64,000 nt of DNA from Actinomycetota bacterium (GTDB taxonomy: Bacteria; Actinomycetota; UBA4738; JBBDHU01): contig JBBDHU010000001.1 of assembly GCA_040880705.1 (NCBI GenBank), forward strand, positions 315,573-379,572. Reading direction: 5' to 3'. Of the stretch, positions 16,568-26,332 are shown piece by piece; within the stretch, counting starts at the first letter, position 1, and each line of letters begins with the position of its first letter. The notes below the pieces were generated by a model. That model worked only from the letters and a program-made list of their open reading frames with translations, searched no databases and was not told the DNA's origin. The translations under genes were made by a program, and so were the position numbers.

Positions 16568-18184
16568 GTGGCTGCCAACACCTACGACGCGATCGTGGTG
16601 GGCGGGGGACACAATGGCCTCGTCGCGGCCGCGTACCTGGCCAAGGCGGGGGCGCAGACCTTGGTTCTGGAGGCGCGTGAACGAACCGGAGGGGCGGCGG
16701 ACACCAGCTCCCCGTTCCCCGATCTCCCCGATGTGAAGGTCACCACGCTCTCGTATGTGATGAGCCTCATGCCCCCGTCGATCATTCGCGACCTGCAATT
16801 GGAGAACTTCGGATACAAGGTCTTCCCGATGGGCCCGACCTACGCGCCGCAGCCGGGCTCCGGCACCCTTCGGGTGAGCGAAGACGAGGGTCTTCGCGAG
16901 CGCGTGGCGAAGTTTTCGAAGAAGGACGCCGATGCGATCGGCGGCTGGGGCGAGTGGATAGAAAGAAGCGCGAACCTCCTCGGCCCGATCCTGATGCAGA
17001 CGCCCCCGCCGGTGGGCTCAACTGCGATCGGTGACCTGATCGAGCAGGCCAAGTTCGCTCTGAAGCTTCGAAAGGGGATGACCGAACGCCAGGCGGCAGA
17101 CATAACGAAGCTCTTCACGATGTCGGCGGCCGACCTGCTATCCGAATGGTTCGAGTCCGACATTGTGAAGGGCGCGCTTTCGACCGACGGCGTCATCGGC
17201 ACCTGGGCCGGTCCCGAGGAGCCGGGAACCGCGTACGTCCTGATGCACCACCTGGTCGGCGACCTCGGTGACGGGCAGATCTCGGAGTGGGGTTATCCCG
17301 AAGGGGGGATGGGAGCGGTCTCGCGGGCGATTCGCGCGTCGGCGGAGAGCTTCGGTGCGGATGTTCGCGTGGGCTCTCCGGTCGAGAGGATTCTCGTCGA
17401 GGACGGCCGCGCGACCGGGGCCGTTATCGAAGGCGGGGAAGAGCTTCACGCACCGGTCGTCGTCACCGCTTGTCACCCGAAGATCACCTTCCTGAAGCAG
17501 CTCGATCGCGGCGATCTTCCCGGAGACTTCGTGCGGGACATCGAGAACTGGAAGACGCGAAGCGGCACCGTGAAGATCAACATGGCCCTGTCGAGGCTGC
17601 CGGAATTCCGTGACGACCCGGGCGCCGGACCGGAAATCCAAAGCGCCTCGATCATGATCGCGCCGAATCTCCGCTACCTGGAGCGGGCCTTCGAGGAGGC
17701 AAGAGGCGGCAAGCCGGCGACGGCTCCTTTCTCCGAGACATGTATCCCAACCGTGTTGGACCACACACTCGCTCCCGAGGGAACTCACGTCATGTCGATG
17801 TTCACCCAGTGGGTGCCCCACGAGTGGGCGAACGAACGCCACCAGGACGATCTGGAGGCATACGCCGACCGGTTGGTCGACATCCATGAGGACTTCATGC
17901 CGGGGTTGAAGGACTCCGTCCTGGGGCGCCAGGTGATCGGTCCCTGGCAGATGGAGAACGAATTCAACCTGATCGGCGGGAACATCTTTCACGGCGAGCT
18001 GGCGCCGAACCAGCTTTTTCACATGAGGCCGGCGCCCGGGTACGCGAACTACAGGACGCCGATCCGCGGGCTCTATCAGGCGTCGTCGGCAACTCACGCG
18101 GGCGGGGGCGTCACGGGCATGCCGGGACATCACGCGGTTAGGGAGATTGCCCGCGACCGCAAGCTTCGACGCAGCAAGGGTTAG
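16568..18184 (+). CDS. CrtI/COG1233-family FAD-dependent oxidoreductase, paralog 4
   Basis: GTG start (VAANTYDAIVVGGGHNGLVAAAYLAKAGAQTLVLEARERTGGAADT). TYSYVMSLMPPSI and FSKKD motifs. The tracked ORF carries a 163-aa spurious upstream extension. Confidence 0.75.
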   Translation: MAANTYDAIVVGGGHNGLVAAAYLAKAGAQTLVLEARERTGGAADTSSPFPDLPDVKVTTLSYVMSLMPPSIIRDLQLENFGYKVFPMGPTYAPQPGSGTLRVSEDEGLRERVAKFSKKDADAIGGWGEWIERSANLLGPILMQTPPPVGSTAIGDLIEQAKFALKLRKGMTERQAADITKLFTMSAADLLSEWFESDIVKGALSTDGVIGTWAGPEEPGTAYVLMHHLVGDLGDGQISEWGYPEGGMGAVSRAIRASAESFGADVRVGSPVERILVEDGRATGAVIEGGEELHAPVVVTACHPKITFLKQLDRGDLPGDFVRDIENWKTRSGTVKINMALSRLPEFRDDPGAGPEIQSASIMIAPNLRYLERAFEEARGGKPATAPFSETCIPTVLDHTLAPEGTHVMSMFTQWVPHEWANERHQDDLEAYADRLVDIHEDFMPGLKDSVLGRQVIGPWQMENEFNLIGGNIFHGELAPNQLFHMRPAPGYANYRTPIRGLYQASSATHAGGGVTGMPGHHAVREIARDRKLRRSKG

Positions 18185-18194
18185 GCTGGCCGCG

Positions 18195-19583
18195 ATGTCC
18201 GACGACGGACGGCACGAGGACCTCGCCAAAGCAGAGGCTTCCGGCGATGTGCCTCGCCTCGTTGCCGCGCCGCCGGGGCCTGAGTCCCGCGCGCTACACG
18301 AGAGACAGGAGAAAGTGGCTTGGTCGGGCGCGCTCGACACGATGCCGATCGGTGTCAAACGCAAACACAACGCGACGATCGAGGACGTCGACGGCAACCT
18401 GCTTATAGACATGCTCACCGGTTGGGGGGCGACCAACGTCGGCGCCACTCACCCGGAGGTGATGGCAGCGGCCATAGACGCGCTCCGCGACTACGGCCAG
18501 GAGATCCCCGACTACATATCCTCTCCGCTCGTCGTCGAGTTGGCCGAGAAGCTGGTCGGGATCGCCCCGGACCCGCTCGCACGCGTGACGTTCGAGATAA
18601 GCGGGACCGAAGCGGTCGAGTCGGCGATGAAGTTCATGCGCGCGAAGAGCGAACGGCCGTTCATCCTCACGTTCCTCGGCCAGTATCACGGGGAGAGCTA
18701 CGGGGCTCAGGCCGTCGGATCCCAGGCAAGCGGCTACTCGCGATTCATGCGCGAGTTGAACAACGGTTACGTACACGTTCCCTATCCGAACCCCTACCGT
18801 TGCCCGTTCCACGCGACGCCCGCCGAATGCGACGGCGTTTGTGTGATCGATTACTTGCGCGAACAGGTGCTGCCCTACCTGGTGGCGGCAGACCGGGTCG
18901 CCGGCGTAATGATCGAGCCGGTTGCGGGCGAGGCCGGCGTATGGATCCCGCCCGACCCCTTCTGGCCGGCCCTAATGGAACTGTGCGACGAGAACGGGTG
19001 GCTCTGGTGTGCCGACGAGGCGCAAACTCTCTTCGGCCGGTGCGGCCCGATGTTCGCGACGGAGCTTTGGGATCTGCACCCGGATTTGATGGTGCTGGCC
19101 AAGGCCCTGTCGGGCGGCGTGCTGCCGATTGCCGCATGCCTCGGATCCGAGGACGTGATGGGCGACTCGGAGGTGTACGCCGGCGGCACCTACTCGTGGT
19201 TTCCGCCCTCCTGTGCCGCAGCCCTCAAGGGGATCGAGGTCCTGGAGCGCGACGACATGCTCGAGAAGGGGCGGCGTCTCGAGCGGATCGCCCTCGAGCG
19301 TCTTGTTCCGCTCGCGGAGAAGTACGAGATCGTCGGCGAGGCTCGCGTCAAGGGCCTCTACATCGGCGTTGAATTCGTGAAGGACAAGGATTCGAAGGAA
19401 AAGGCAATCGAAGAGGCGCGCGCCGTTCACTTCAATTGCCTGGAACGCGGGATCGTCGACATATACGACCGTGGGATGAACGTGGTCCGGTGGCAACCGG
19501 CGCTCACGATGCCGGAGGACATGTTGATGAAGGCGTGCGACATCTTGGAGGAATCGATCGCCGCTGTGGACGGCGCTCGCTAG
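18195..19583 (+). CDS. Class-III (fold-type I) pyridoxal-phosphate aminotransferase (putrescine/GABA/omega-aminotransferase-like)
   Basis: Start placed at MSDDGRHED. Characteristic EPVAGEAGVWIPP and VLAKALSGGVLPIAA (PLP lysine region). 462 aa. Confidence 0.75.
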   Translation: MSDDGRHEDLAKAEASGDVPRLVAAPPGPESRALHERQEKVAWSGALDTMPIGVKRKHNATIEDVDGNLLIDMLTGWGATNVGATHPEVMAAAIDALRDYGQEIPDYISSPLVVELAEKLVGIAPDPLARVTFEISGTEAVESAMKFMRAKSERPFILTFLGQYHGESYGAQAVGSQASGYSRFMRELNNGYVHVPYPNPYRCPFHATPAECDGVCVIDYLREQVLPYLVAADRVAGVMIEPVAGEAGVWIPPDPFWPALMELCDENGWLWCADEAQTLFGRCGPMFATELWDLHPDLMVLAKALSGGVLPIAACLGSEDVMGDSEVYAGGTYSWFPPSCAAALKGIEVLERDDMLEKGRRLERIALERLVPLAEKYEIVGEARVKGLYIGVEFVKDKDSKEKAIEEARAVHFNCLERGIVDIYDRGMNVVRWQPALTMPEDMLMKACDILEESIAAVDGAR

Positions 19584-20554
19584 GTCTGCTGCAGCACTCG
19601 GTCCAGCACGTCCAAGGGAATCCGCGACCCGCTGATAACCAGAACCGTCCGTCGTCCCGAGAATTCCCCGCTCTCTTTGAGAAGGGCGGCAACTGACAGC
19701 ACTGCCGCGCCCTCGACCATCACCGAGTGCCGCCCAAGAACCAGTCGAAGAGCTTCGGCGATCTCGTCCTCGTCCGGAAGTATCCACTTGTCTACGTGGT
19801 CAATGCAGATGGGAAGGGTCAGCGTTCCCTGCTCCAGAGGGCCGACGGTCGCGTCGGACAAGGAGGACTCCCAAGGGACATCCACAAGCCCTCCCGCCTC
19901 GACCGACTTCGCCATTACCGGGGAAGCGGCGGCCTGGCACCCAATGACTTCTGTCTTCTTGGAGGCGAGGTACCCCGCGATCCCCGCGATCAAGCCGCCG
20001 CCGCCCACCGGGACGAAAATCGCGTCGAATCCGTCCAATTGCCTTTCCAGCTCGGACGCGACCGTTCCTTGGCCGGCGATAACCCGGCGGTCGTTGTAAG
20101 CCGAGACGAAAACCCTTCCGGTCTGCTCGGCAAGCCTTCTCGCGACGAGGTCCGTCTCGTTTGGATCGCCTTCGATCAGGCGAAGGTTCGCGCCGCGTGC
20201 CTCCAGGGCCTCGATTTTCGCCGGCGAAGCATTCAAGGGCAGGAGGATCTCGCCCTCGATCCCGAGCACCGACAGCGCGTGAGCCATCGCGTTCGCGTGG
20301 TTGCCGGTGGACGAGGTAACCACCCCGCCTTGCTTTTCCTCCTGCGTCAGCGAAAGGAGCGCGTTGAAAGCCCCGCGCGCCTTGAACGACCCGGTGACCT
20401 GGAAGTTCTCGAACTTGAGGTAAACGTCGGAACCCGTGGCCTTCGAGAGAAACGGCGAGCGCTCGACCGGCGTCTCGCGAATGTAGGGGGCGATGGCTTC
20501 GGATGCTCGTTCGACATCGGTTGCGATCTGCGCGGCACTTAGGTCCTCGCCCAT
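19580..20554 (-). CDS. PLP-dependent threonine/serine dehydratase-family enzyme (fold-type II), no ACT domain
   Basis: SFKARG PLP-lysine motif and GGGGL glycine loop. Start ATG 20554..20552 shares its A with the TGA stop of the upstream DAO gene (ATGA overlap). Confidence 0.7.
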   Translation of the reverse strand: MGEDLSAAQIATDVERASEAIAPYIRETPVERSPFLSKATGSDVYLKFENFQVTGSFKARGAFNALLSLTQEEKQGGVVTSSTGNHANAMAHALSVLGIEGEILLPLNASPAKIEALEARGANLRLIEGDPNETDLVARRLAEQTGRVFVSAYNDRRVIAGQGTVASELERQLDGFDAIFVPVGGGGLIAGIAGYLASKKTEVIGCQAAASPVMAKSVEAGGLVDVPWESSLSDATVGPLEQGTLTLPICIDHVDKWILPDEDEIAEALRLVLGRHSVMVEGAAVLSVAALLKESGEFSGRRTVLVISGSRIPLDVLDRVLQQT

Positions 20555-21966
20555 CAGCCCAGGTTGTAACCGAGCCTTCTCGGAAGCCGCGCCAGCCATC
20601 GCAGAAACCGGTTGGGTCGCCGCCCCGAGTCCTCGGCGTCATCCGTCCTGACGATCGCTTCGTGGGTGATGTACGCGCCGACCGAAAGGAACGGCTCCGG
20701 CGGGAAGAGCTTCGGCTTGTACCCGACCAGCGGGAGGCGCGTGTACTCGTTCTCGGTTCCTAGAGTCAGACCGGAAAGGATCTTTCCTGCCATATGGCAC
20801 GGCCCGACGCCGCCGCCGGTGAAACCGAGCCCGTAGTGAACGTTCGCCGACGGGAACGATCCGAAGAACGGGATGTGGTAGCCCGAGACGTCGATCGGTC
20901 CTCCCCAGGCCGCTTCGATCGGCACATTGGCGAAGTTCGGAAACATCCTGTGGAGGTCGGTCACAAGCTTGTGAACCGACTTCTCGTCGTAGTCGAGCCG
21001 CGGTCCCATGCCGGTGCCCATGCCGGCCCGGGAAGACGCGCCCCCGAATGCGATCCTTCCGTCGGGCGTCGTACGAAGGTAGTGAAGTGACGGCCTCAGG
21101 TCGTAGATGCCCTGTCTGCCCGTCCAGCCGATCTCCTCGAGTTTCTCCGGAGCCGGCGCCGTGAGAGCGATGTAGCTCGCGCGGGGGAGGATGGCTCGGC
21201 GAAACCTCTTCCATTGCCGGGCCCAAGCATTGATCGCGATGACCGCCCTTCCCGCGCGGGCCCGCCCGCCGCGAGTCTCCGCGAGGAGCGGAAGGCCGGC
21301 GTGGAACCTCGTCACCTGGGTCTTCTCGAAGATTCGAACTCCCTGCTCGAGCAGCACCCTTCTAAGGCCACGAGCCAGCCGCGCCGGCTGAACCATGGCC
21401 ACCTTTGAGAGCGCAACTCCGCCCCGGAACACCGGCGAGCGGCATACGCCGGCGACTTCCTCGGGTGAGAGTTCGCGGACCCGTCCGGCGGCGACCCCGA
21501 GCCGGCGCATCAGCGCCAGCCAGTCCTCGGCAGCATCGTCCTGGGCGGGTGAGGCCGAGACGCCCACGTGGTCGGCAGGTTCCCACCAGGCGTCGACTTC
21601 GTGTTCCTCGCACCAGGATCCCATCTCCTCGATGGAGCGGGCCGCCAGCTTTCCGATCCTCAGCGCCTTCCCCTCGCCGAAGACGTCCACCATCACCTCT
21701 AGGTCGTCCCACAGGTCGTTCACGAACCCGCCGTTCCTGCCGCTCGGGCCGCCGCCGCAGATGTCCTGCTCGAGCAAGACGACGTCTAAGGAGGGTTCGG
21801 CTTGCTTGAGGAAGTGGGCCGTCCACATGCCGGTGTAGCCGCCGCCGATGATGATCACGTCGGCCTCGGTGTCGTTTGCGAGGGGCGGGCAAGGCTCACC
21901 CGGATCGTCTGCGAGAGCTTCACGCAACCAGTAGCTGCGCTTTCCTGCTAGGTCGGTGCCGATCAT
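20554..21966 (-). CDS. FAD-dependent oxidoreductase, DAO family (gamma-glutamylputrescine oxidase / sarcosine-oxidase-beta-like)
   Basis: [18 protein letters not shown] dinucleotide-binding motif. DAO-type C-terminus (GYHIPFFG...GLGFTGGGV). 470 aa. Confidence 0.75.
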   Translation of the reverse strand: MIGTDLAGKRSYWLREALADDPGEPCPPLANDTEADVIIIGGGYTGMWTAHFLKQAEPSLDVVLLEQDICGGGPSGRNGGFVNDLWDDLEVMVDVFGEGKALRIGKLAARSIEEMGSWCEEHEVDAWWEPADHVGVSASPAQDDAAEDWLALMRRLGVAAGRVRELSPEEVAGVCRSPVFRGGVALSKVAMVQPARLARGLRRVLLEQGVRIFEKTQVTRFHAGLPLLAETRGGRARAGRAVIAINAWARQWKRFRRAILPRASYIALTAPAPEKLEEIGWTGRQGIYDLRPSLHYLRTTPDGRIAFGGASSRAGMGTGMGPRLDYDEKSVHKLVTDLHRMFPNFANVPIEAAWGGPIDVSGYHIPFFGSFPSANVHYGLGFTGGGVGPCHMAGKILSGLTLGTENEYTRLPLVGYKPKLFPPEPFLSVGAYITHEAIVRTDDAEDSGRRPNRFLRWLARLPRRLGYNLG

Positions 21967-22010
21967 GGGAACATGGATTCCATCCGGGCAACGAGATTAC
22001 AGGAGGTTCC

Positions 22011-23687
22011 TTGGCCCCCGATGATCGACCCAGAAGCTGGGAAGTCACCGACGGTCCCGAACGCGCGCCCGCTCGGGCGATGCTCCGCGCCGTCGGGCTC
22101 TCCGACGAGGACATGTCCCGGCCCCAGGTCGGCGTCGCTTCATCCTGGAACGAGGTCACGCCCTGCAACTACCACCTGAACAAGCTGGCCGCGTTCTCGA
22201 AGGAAGGGGTTCGCGCGGCGCAGGGCGTCCCTCTTGAGTTCACGACGATCGCGGTTTCGGACGGCATCGCGATGGGCCACGAAGGCATGCGCGCGTCCCT
22301 GATCAGCCGTGAGGTGATCGCGGACTCGGTCCAGCTTGTCATGCACGCGGAGCGGATGGACGCGCTGGTCGGAATCGCGGGCTGCGACAAGAGCGAGCCC
22401 GGGATGCTGATGGCGATGGCCCGGCTGAACCTCCCGTCGGTTTACCTCTACGGGGGAACGATCCTTCCCGGTACCTATCAGGGGCGGGACGTGACGATCC
22501 AGGACGTCTTCGAGGCCGTCGGGGCGCACGCCCGCGGAACCATGACGGACGAGGAACTGTCGGGCATCGAGCACGCCGCATGTCCGGGCGCCGGCTCGTG
22601 TGCCGGCATGTACACGGCGAACACGATGGCTGCGATCGGCGAAGCCATAGGGATGTCGCTCCCCGGCAGCGCTTCGCCACCGGCCGTCGACTACCGTCGG
22701 GAAGTCGCGGCCCGCGAATCGGGGGAGGCGGTCATGGCCCTCCTGGAGAAGAACATCCGGCCGCGAGACATCATGACGAGGCCGGCATTCGAGAACGCGA
22801 TCGCCGTGACGATGGCGGTTGCGGGTTCGACGAACGCCGTCCTGCACTTGCTCGCGCTCGCACGCGAGGCGGAAGTCGAGCTCGAGCTCGACGATTTCGA
22901 CCGGATCGCGCGCAAGGTTCCCCATCTCGTGGACGTTCGCCCCGCGGGCCGCTTCGTCATGTCGGATGTCGACCGCGTCGGAGGAGTTCAGGTCGTCATG
23001 AAGGAACTCTTGGACGCCGGGCTTTTGGACGGCGACGCGCTAACCGTGTCGGGTAAGTCGATCGGTGAGAATCTCGACGAACTGCATCCGGCGAAGCCGG
23101 ACGGCGACGTCGTGCGCCCGATCTCGAACCCGATCCATCCGTGGGGCGGAACCGTCATACTTCGCGGCTCGCTCGCGCCGGACGGCGCGGTTTGCAAGGC
23201 GGCCGGGATGGAGGGAACGGTGTTCCGCGGCCGCGCGCGCCCGTTCGAATCGGAGGAAGACGCTTTCAAGGCCGTCCTGAACAACCAGATCGAGAAGGGC
23301 GATGTGATCGTCATCAGGAACGAGGGCCCGGTCGGGGCGCCGGGGATGCCGGAAATGCTTGCGACCACAGCCGCGGTCGCCGGTGCGGGGCTCGGCAAGG
23401 AAGTCGCGTTGGTCACAGACGGGCGTTTCAGCGGAGCGACGAAAGGATTCTCGGTGGGGCACATCGCGCCGGAGTCGGTCGTCGGGGGACCGATCGGACT
23501 GGTTGAGGAGGGCGACACCGTCGTGCTCGACGTCGACAATCGCCTCATCGACCTGGAGGTGGACGACGCCGAGTTGGCCCGCAGGCGCGAAGGGTGGACG
23601 CCGAGGCCGCCGCGGTACGAGACCGGAGCCTTGGCCAAGTACGCGCGGCTCGTCTCCCAGGCGAACGAGGGGGCCGTTACCGGATGA
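22011..23687 (+). CDS. ilvD: Dihydroxy-acid dehydratase
   Basis: Conserved [16 protein letters not shown] and [17 protein letters not shown] (Fe-S cysteines) and full-length colinearity with IlvD. Start assigned to TTG 22011 (AGGAGG 4 nt upstream), because the tracked ATG 21876 would overlap the divergent gene. Start uncertain. Confidence 0.85.
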   Translation: MAPDDRPRSWEVTDGPERAPARAMLRAVGLSDEDMSRPQVGVASSWNEVTPCNYHLNKLAAFSKEGVRAAQGVPLEFTTIAVSDGIAMGHEGMRASLISREVIADSVQLVMHAERMDALVGIAGCDKSEPGMLMAMARLNLPSVYLYGGTILPGTYQGRDVTIQDVFEAVGAHARGTMTDEELSGIEHAACPGAGSCAGMYTANTMAAIGEAIGMSLPGSASPPAVDYRREVAARESGEAVMALLEKNIRPRDIMTRPAFENAIAVTMAVAGSTNAVLHLLALAREAEVELELDDFDRIARKVPHLVDVRPAGRFVMSDVDRVGGVQVVMKELLDAGLLDGDALTVSGKSIGENLDELHPAKPDGDVVRPISNPIHPWGGTVILRGSLAPDGAVCKAAGMEGTVFRGRARPFESEEDAFKAVLNNQIEKGDVIVIRNEGPVGAPGMPEMLATTAAVAGAGLGKEVALVTDGRFSGATKGFSVGHIAPESVVGGPIGLVEEGDTVVLDVDNRLIDLEVDDAELARRREGWTPRPPRYETGALAKYARLVSQANEGAVTG

Positions 23688-24916
23688 CGGATCTGCTCAA
23701 CCCACAGGCTCTCGAGTGTCGCGAATGCCACAAGCGATACCCGGTTGAGCCTCGGTCGATCTGCGAAGAGTGCTTCGGCCCGCTCGAGCCTCACTACGAC
23801 ATCGAGTCGATGTCCCCGGACGACTTCAGAAAGCAGGTGGAGACGGGGCCGCCGACGCTTTGGAGATACCAGGGCCTGCTGCCGGGCGGGAACGTGGACC
23901 GCGTCGATCTCGGCGGCGGCTTCACGCCCCTTCGAAGGGCGGACAGGCTCGGGCAAGCCATCGGCATCAGGAACCTGTGGATCAAGGACGACACGGTGAA
24001 TCCCACCAACTCGTTCAAGGACAGGGTCGTCTCCGTGGCCTTGACGATGTCGCGGGCATTCGGCTTCGAAGCGGTCGCTTGCGCTTCCACGGGAAACCTG
24101 GCGAACGCGACCGCAGCCCACGCCGCGCACGCGGGGATCCCGGCGTACATCTTCATCCCGGCCGATCTCGAGCGCGCCAAGGTACTCGCCACCGCGGCCT
24201 ACGGCGCGAACGTCGTCGAGGTGCAGGGGAACTACGACGACGTTAACCGCCTTTGCTCCGAGGTCGCCGAGACACTTCCGTGGGCATTCGTGAACGTGAA
24301 CATGCGTCCCTTCTACGCGGAGGGTTCCAAGACCCTCGGGTTCGAAACCGTCGAGCAGCTCGGGTGGCAGATTCCCGACCATGTAGTGGTGCCGGTAGCG
24401 TCGGGCGCGTTGCTGACGAAGGTGCACCGCGCATTCAGGGAGCTAATAGAACTCGGGGTCGTGAAGGACTACCCGGCGAGGATCAGCGGAGCGCAGGCGG
24501 CGGGCTGCGCTCCGGTCGCCAATGCCTTCAAGTCCGGCGCCGACGAGATCCAGCCGGTCAAGCCCGACACGATCGCGCGGTCACTCGCGATCGGCAACCC
24601 GGCCGACGGGTTCTACGCGCTGCAGACTGCGCGAAGCACAGGCGGCGGCATCGAGGCATGCACCGAAGAAGAGGTCATTCAGGGGATCCAGTTACTGGCC
24701 GAAACCGAGGGAGTGTTCGCCGAAACCGCCGGGGGCGTGACCGTCGCGTGCATGAAGAGGCTTCGCGAGACCGGAGTCATTCGCCGCGACGAGGAGACCG
24801 TCGCCTACATCACGGGTTCTGGCTACAAGACCGTCGAGGCCTTGGAGGGGAAGGTTCAGCCCACGATGTCGGTTGAACCCAAGCTGAAGGACTTCATGGA
24901 CAAGCTGGAGAAGTAG
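23684..24916 (+). CDS. thrC: Threonine synthase-family PLP enzyme with N-terminal zinc-ribbon
   Basis: [23 protein letters not shown] Zn-ribbon. NSFKDR PLP-lysine motif. Start ATG 23684 overlaps the ilvD stop (ATGA). Confidence 0.75.
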   Translation: MTDLLNPQALECRECHKRYPVEPRSICEECFGPLEPHYDIESMSPDDFRKQVETGPPTLWRYQGLLPGGNVDRVDLGGGFTPLRRADRLGQAIGIRNLWIKDDTVNPTNSFKDRVVSVALTMSRAFGFEAVACASTGNLANATAAHAAHAGIPAYIFIPADLERAKVLATAAYGANVVEVQGNYDDVNRLCSEVAETLPWAFVNVNMRPFYAEGSKTLGFETVEQLGWQIPDHVVVPVASGALLTKVHRAFRELIELGVVKDYPARISGAQAAGCAPVANAFKSGADEIQPVKPDTIARSLAIGNPADGFYALQTARSTGGGIEACTEEEVIQGIQLLAETEGVFAETAGGVTVACMKRLRETGVIRRDEETVAYITGSGYKTVEALEGKVQPTMSVEPKLKDFMDKLEK

Positions 24917-24930
24917 CACCCGGGCGAGGT

Positions 24931-26148
24931 TCAGCCGCTGGGAGTTCGCTCCTCGATCTTCCAGGGTGCGCCGTATTCGTTCAACAGATCCAGGAACGGC
25001 AAGCTGTCGAACGCCTCCGGCCCGAGAACCCCGGCACCTTTCCAGGTTCCCGAAGCGATCAACTCTAGAGCCGCGGCCGGGTTGATGGCCGTTTGCCAAA
25101 CGACTGCCTGCACGCCGTCATTGGCCATCGTCTCTTCGTTGTCCGCTACTTGGTACAGGTACACCTCGCGCGGTTTTCCGTCCTTATCCGTTCCGCGAAC
25201 CCAGGTCCCGGCGCATGTCTTTCCGGTCATCTTGTCGCCGAGCGTGGCCGGATCGGGAAGCGTCGCCGCGACTACGTCGCGGGGGGAGACTTCCACATTG
25301 CCCACCTTGACGGCATCGGTCTTGTCCAAGCCGAGCTTGTGGAGCGTCTGGAGGACTTCGACGAACTCGTCGCCGAGCCCGTATTTGAACGTCACGCGGC
25401 CGGCGTCGACCCAGCGAGGGATCAACATGACTTCCTCGTGTTCGACCATGACGCACTTGATGGTTCCGATTCCTTCGGGGAACGAGAATTCCTCGGGCTC
25501 GGAGAAAGGTTCCGTCGTGAACCACCCTCGGTCCTTCTCCCACACGATCGGTGGGTTGAGGCATTCCTCGATCGTGGTCCAGATCGAGAAGGTAGGCGCG
25601 AAGTCGAAGCCTTCGACCTCGAGGTTCGCTCCGTCGCGCACCCCTATCTCTTCGATCGAGTCGAATAGATGGTCCGCCGCATAGCGAGCGAACACGTCCG
25701 ACATCCCCGGCTCGACCCCCATTCCGACGAGCGCAAGTTGTCCTCGCTGCTCCCACACGTCCGCGAGGTCCCATTGGTACTGGCCGAGCGGCCGGCCCAG
25801 CTCCTCGTAAGGCCTCTCGGCGTGCGGTTGCGAAAGCGACATCGCCATGTCGACGTAGGTCGCCCCGGCCTCCAGCGACGCGTCGAATATTGCCGGCACG
25901 AACCGGGGGTCTGCGGCATTGAGGACCGCGTCACAGCCGTGTTCCTTCGCGAAGTGAGCGATTGCCGGCGCGTCCGATGCGTCCAGGCGAGCCGCCGAGA
26001 AGCGGCCGTCGTCCAAACTCTCGGCCACCGAGCGCGCGCGAGCCTCGTTCAGGTCGGTCAGGATGGCCGATTCGAAGAAATCCCTGTGCCTGACGACAGC
26101 AGCGAACGCGGAGCCCACCCCTCCGGACCCGACCACGAGGATTCGCAT
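24931..26148 (-). CDS. Saccharopine-dehydrogenase-family NAD(P)-binding enzyme (carboxynorspermidine dehydrogenase / homospermidine-synthase-like)
   Basis: Start MRILVVGSGGVGSAFAAV (Rossmann). Sacchrp_dh-type body. The tracked 64-aa upstream extension was ignored. Confidence 0.7.
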   Translation of the reverse strand: MRILVVGSGGVGSAFAAVVRHRDFFESAILTDLNEARARSVAESLDDGRFSAARLDASDAPAIAHFAKEHGCDAVLNAADPRFVPAIFDASLEAGATYVDMAMSLSQPHAERPYEELGRPLGQYQWDLADVWEQRGQLALVGMGVEPGMSDVFARYAADHLFDSIEEIGVRDGANLEVEGFDFAPTFSIWTTIEECLNPPIVWEKDRGWFTTEPFSEPEEFSFPEGIGTIKCVMVEHEEVMLIPRWVDAGRVTFKYGLGDEFVEVLQTLHKLGLDKTDAVKVGNVEVSPRDVVAATLPDPATLGDKMTGKTCAGTWVRGTDKDGKPREVYLYQVADNEETMANDGVQAVVWQTAINPAAALELIASGTWKGAGVLGPEAFDSLPFLDLLNEYGAPWKIEERTPSG

Positions 26149-26177
26149 GACGGGGGAGTCTACGGGGCCCCGGCCGG

Positions 26178-26206
26178 TTGACCGGGGCCGGGGAGCCGCG
26201 TAAACT
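26178..26206 (+). promoter_or_regulatory. Putative sigma70-type promoter of the ilvB leader (TTGACC, 17-nt spacer, TAAACT)
   Basis: TTGACC 26178-26183, 17-nt spacer, TAAACT 26201-26206. The same geometry and -10 box occur upstream of the leuA leader. Confidence 0.4.
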
Positions 26207-26217
26207 TGCTGGTTACG

Positions 26218-26277
26218 ATGCAGAATTCGGGCATGTCTCGCACAGCAACGCGGCCGGCCCTGGTACTTATTCCGTAG
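26218..26277 (+). CDS. Putative ilvB leader peptide MQNSGMSRTATRPALVLIP (branched-chain codon run L-V-L-I before stop)
   Basis: 19-codon ORF starting about 12 nt after the -10 box. Ends with four consecutive Leu/Val/Ile codons. Lies between the promoter and an intrinsic terminator, upstream of ilvB. Confidence 0.45.
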   Translation: MQNSGMSRTATRPALVLIP

Positions 26278-26308
26278 GCGCGACGGGCTGCATCGGCCTG
26301 CGCGCCAA

Positions 26309-26332
26309 CCCCTCGATCCGAGGGGTTTTTTT
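26309..26332 (+). terminator. Intrinsic terminator / attenuator hairpin upstream of ilvB
   Basis: CCCCTCG atc CGAGGGG stem-loop followed by TTTTTTT (26326-26332), 50 nt before the ilvB RBS. Confidence 0.55.

Noticed and set aside
17138-18448. 436-aa minus ORF
   Set aside because: Antisense to CrtI-like paralog 4 and the aminotransferase. Spurious.
22140-24427. Long minus-strand ORFs (261 aa and 479 aa) antisense to ilvD and thrC
   Set aside because: The well-supported ilvD/thrC genes fully cover them on the other strand. Low-complexity composition, no motifs.
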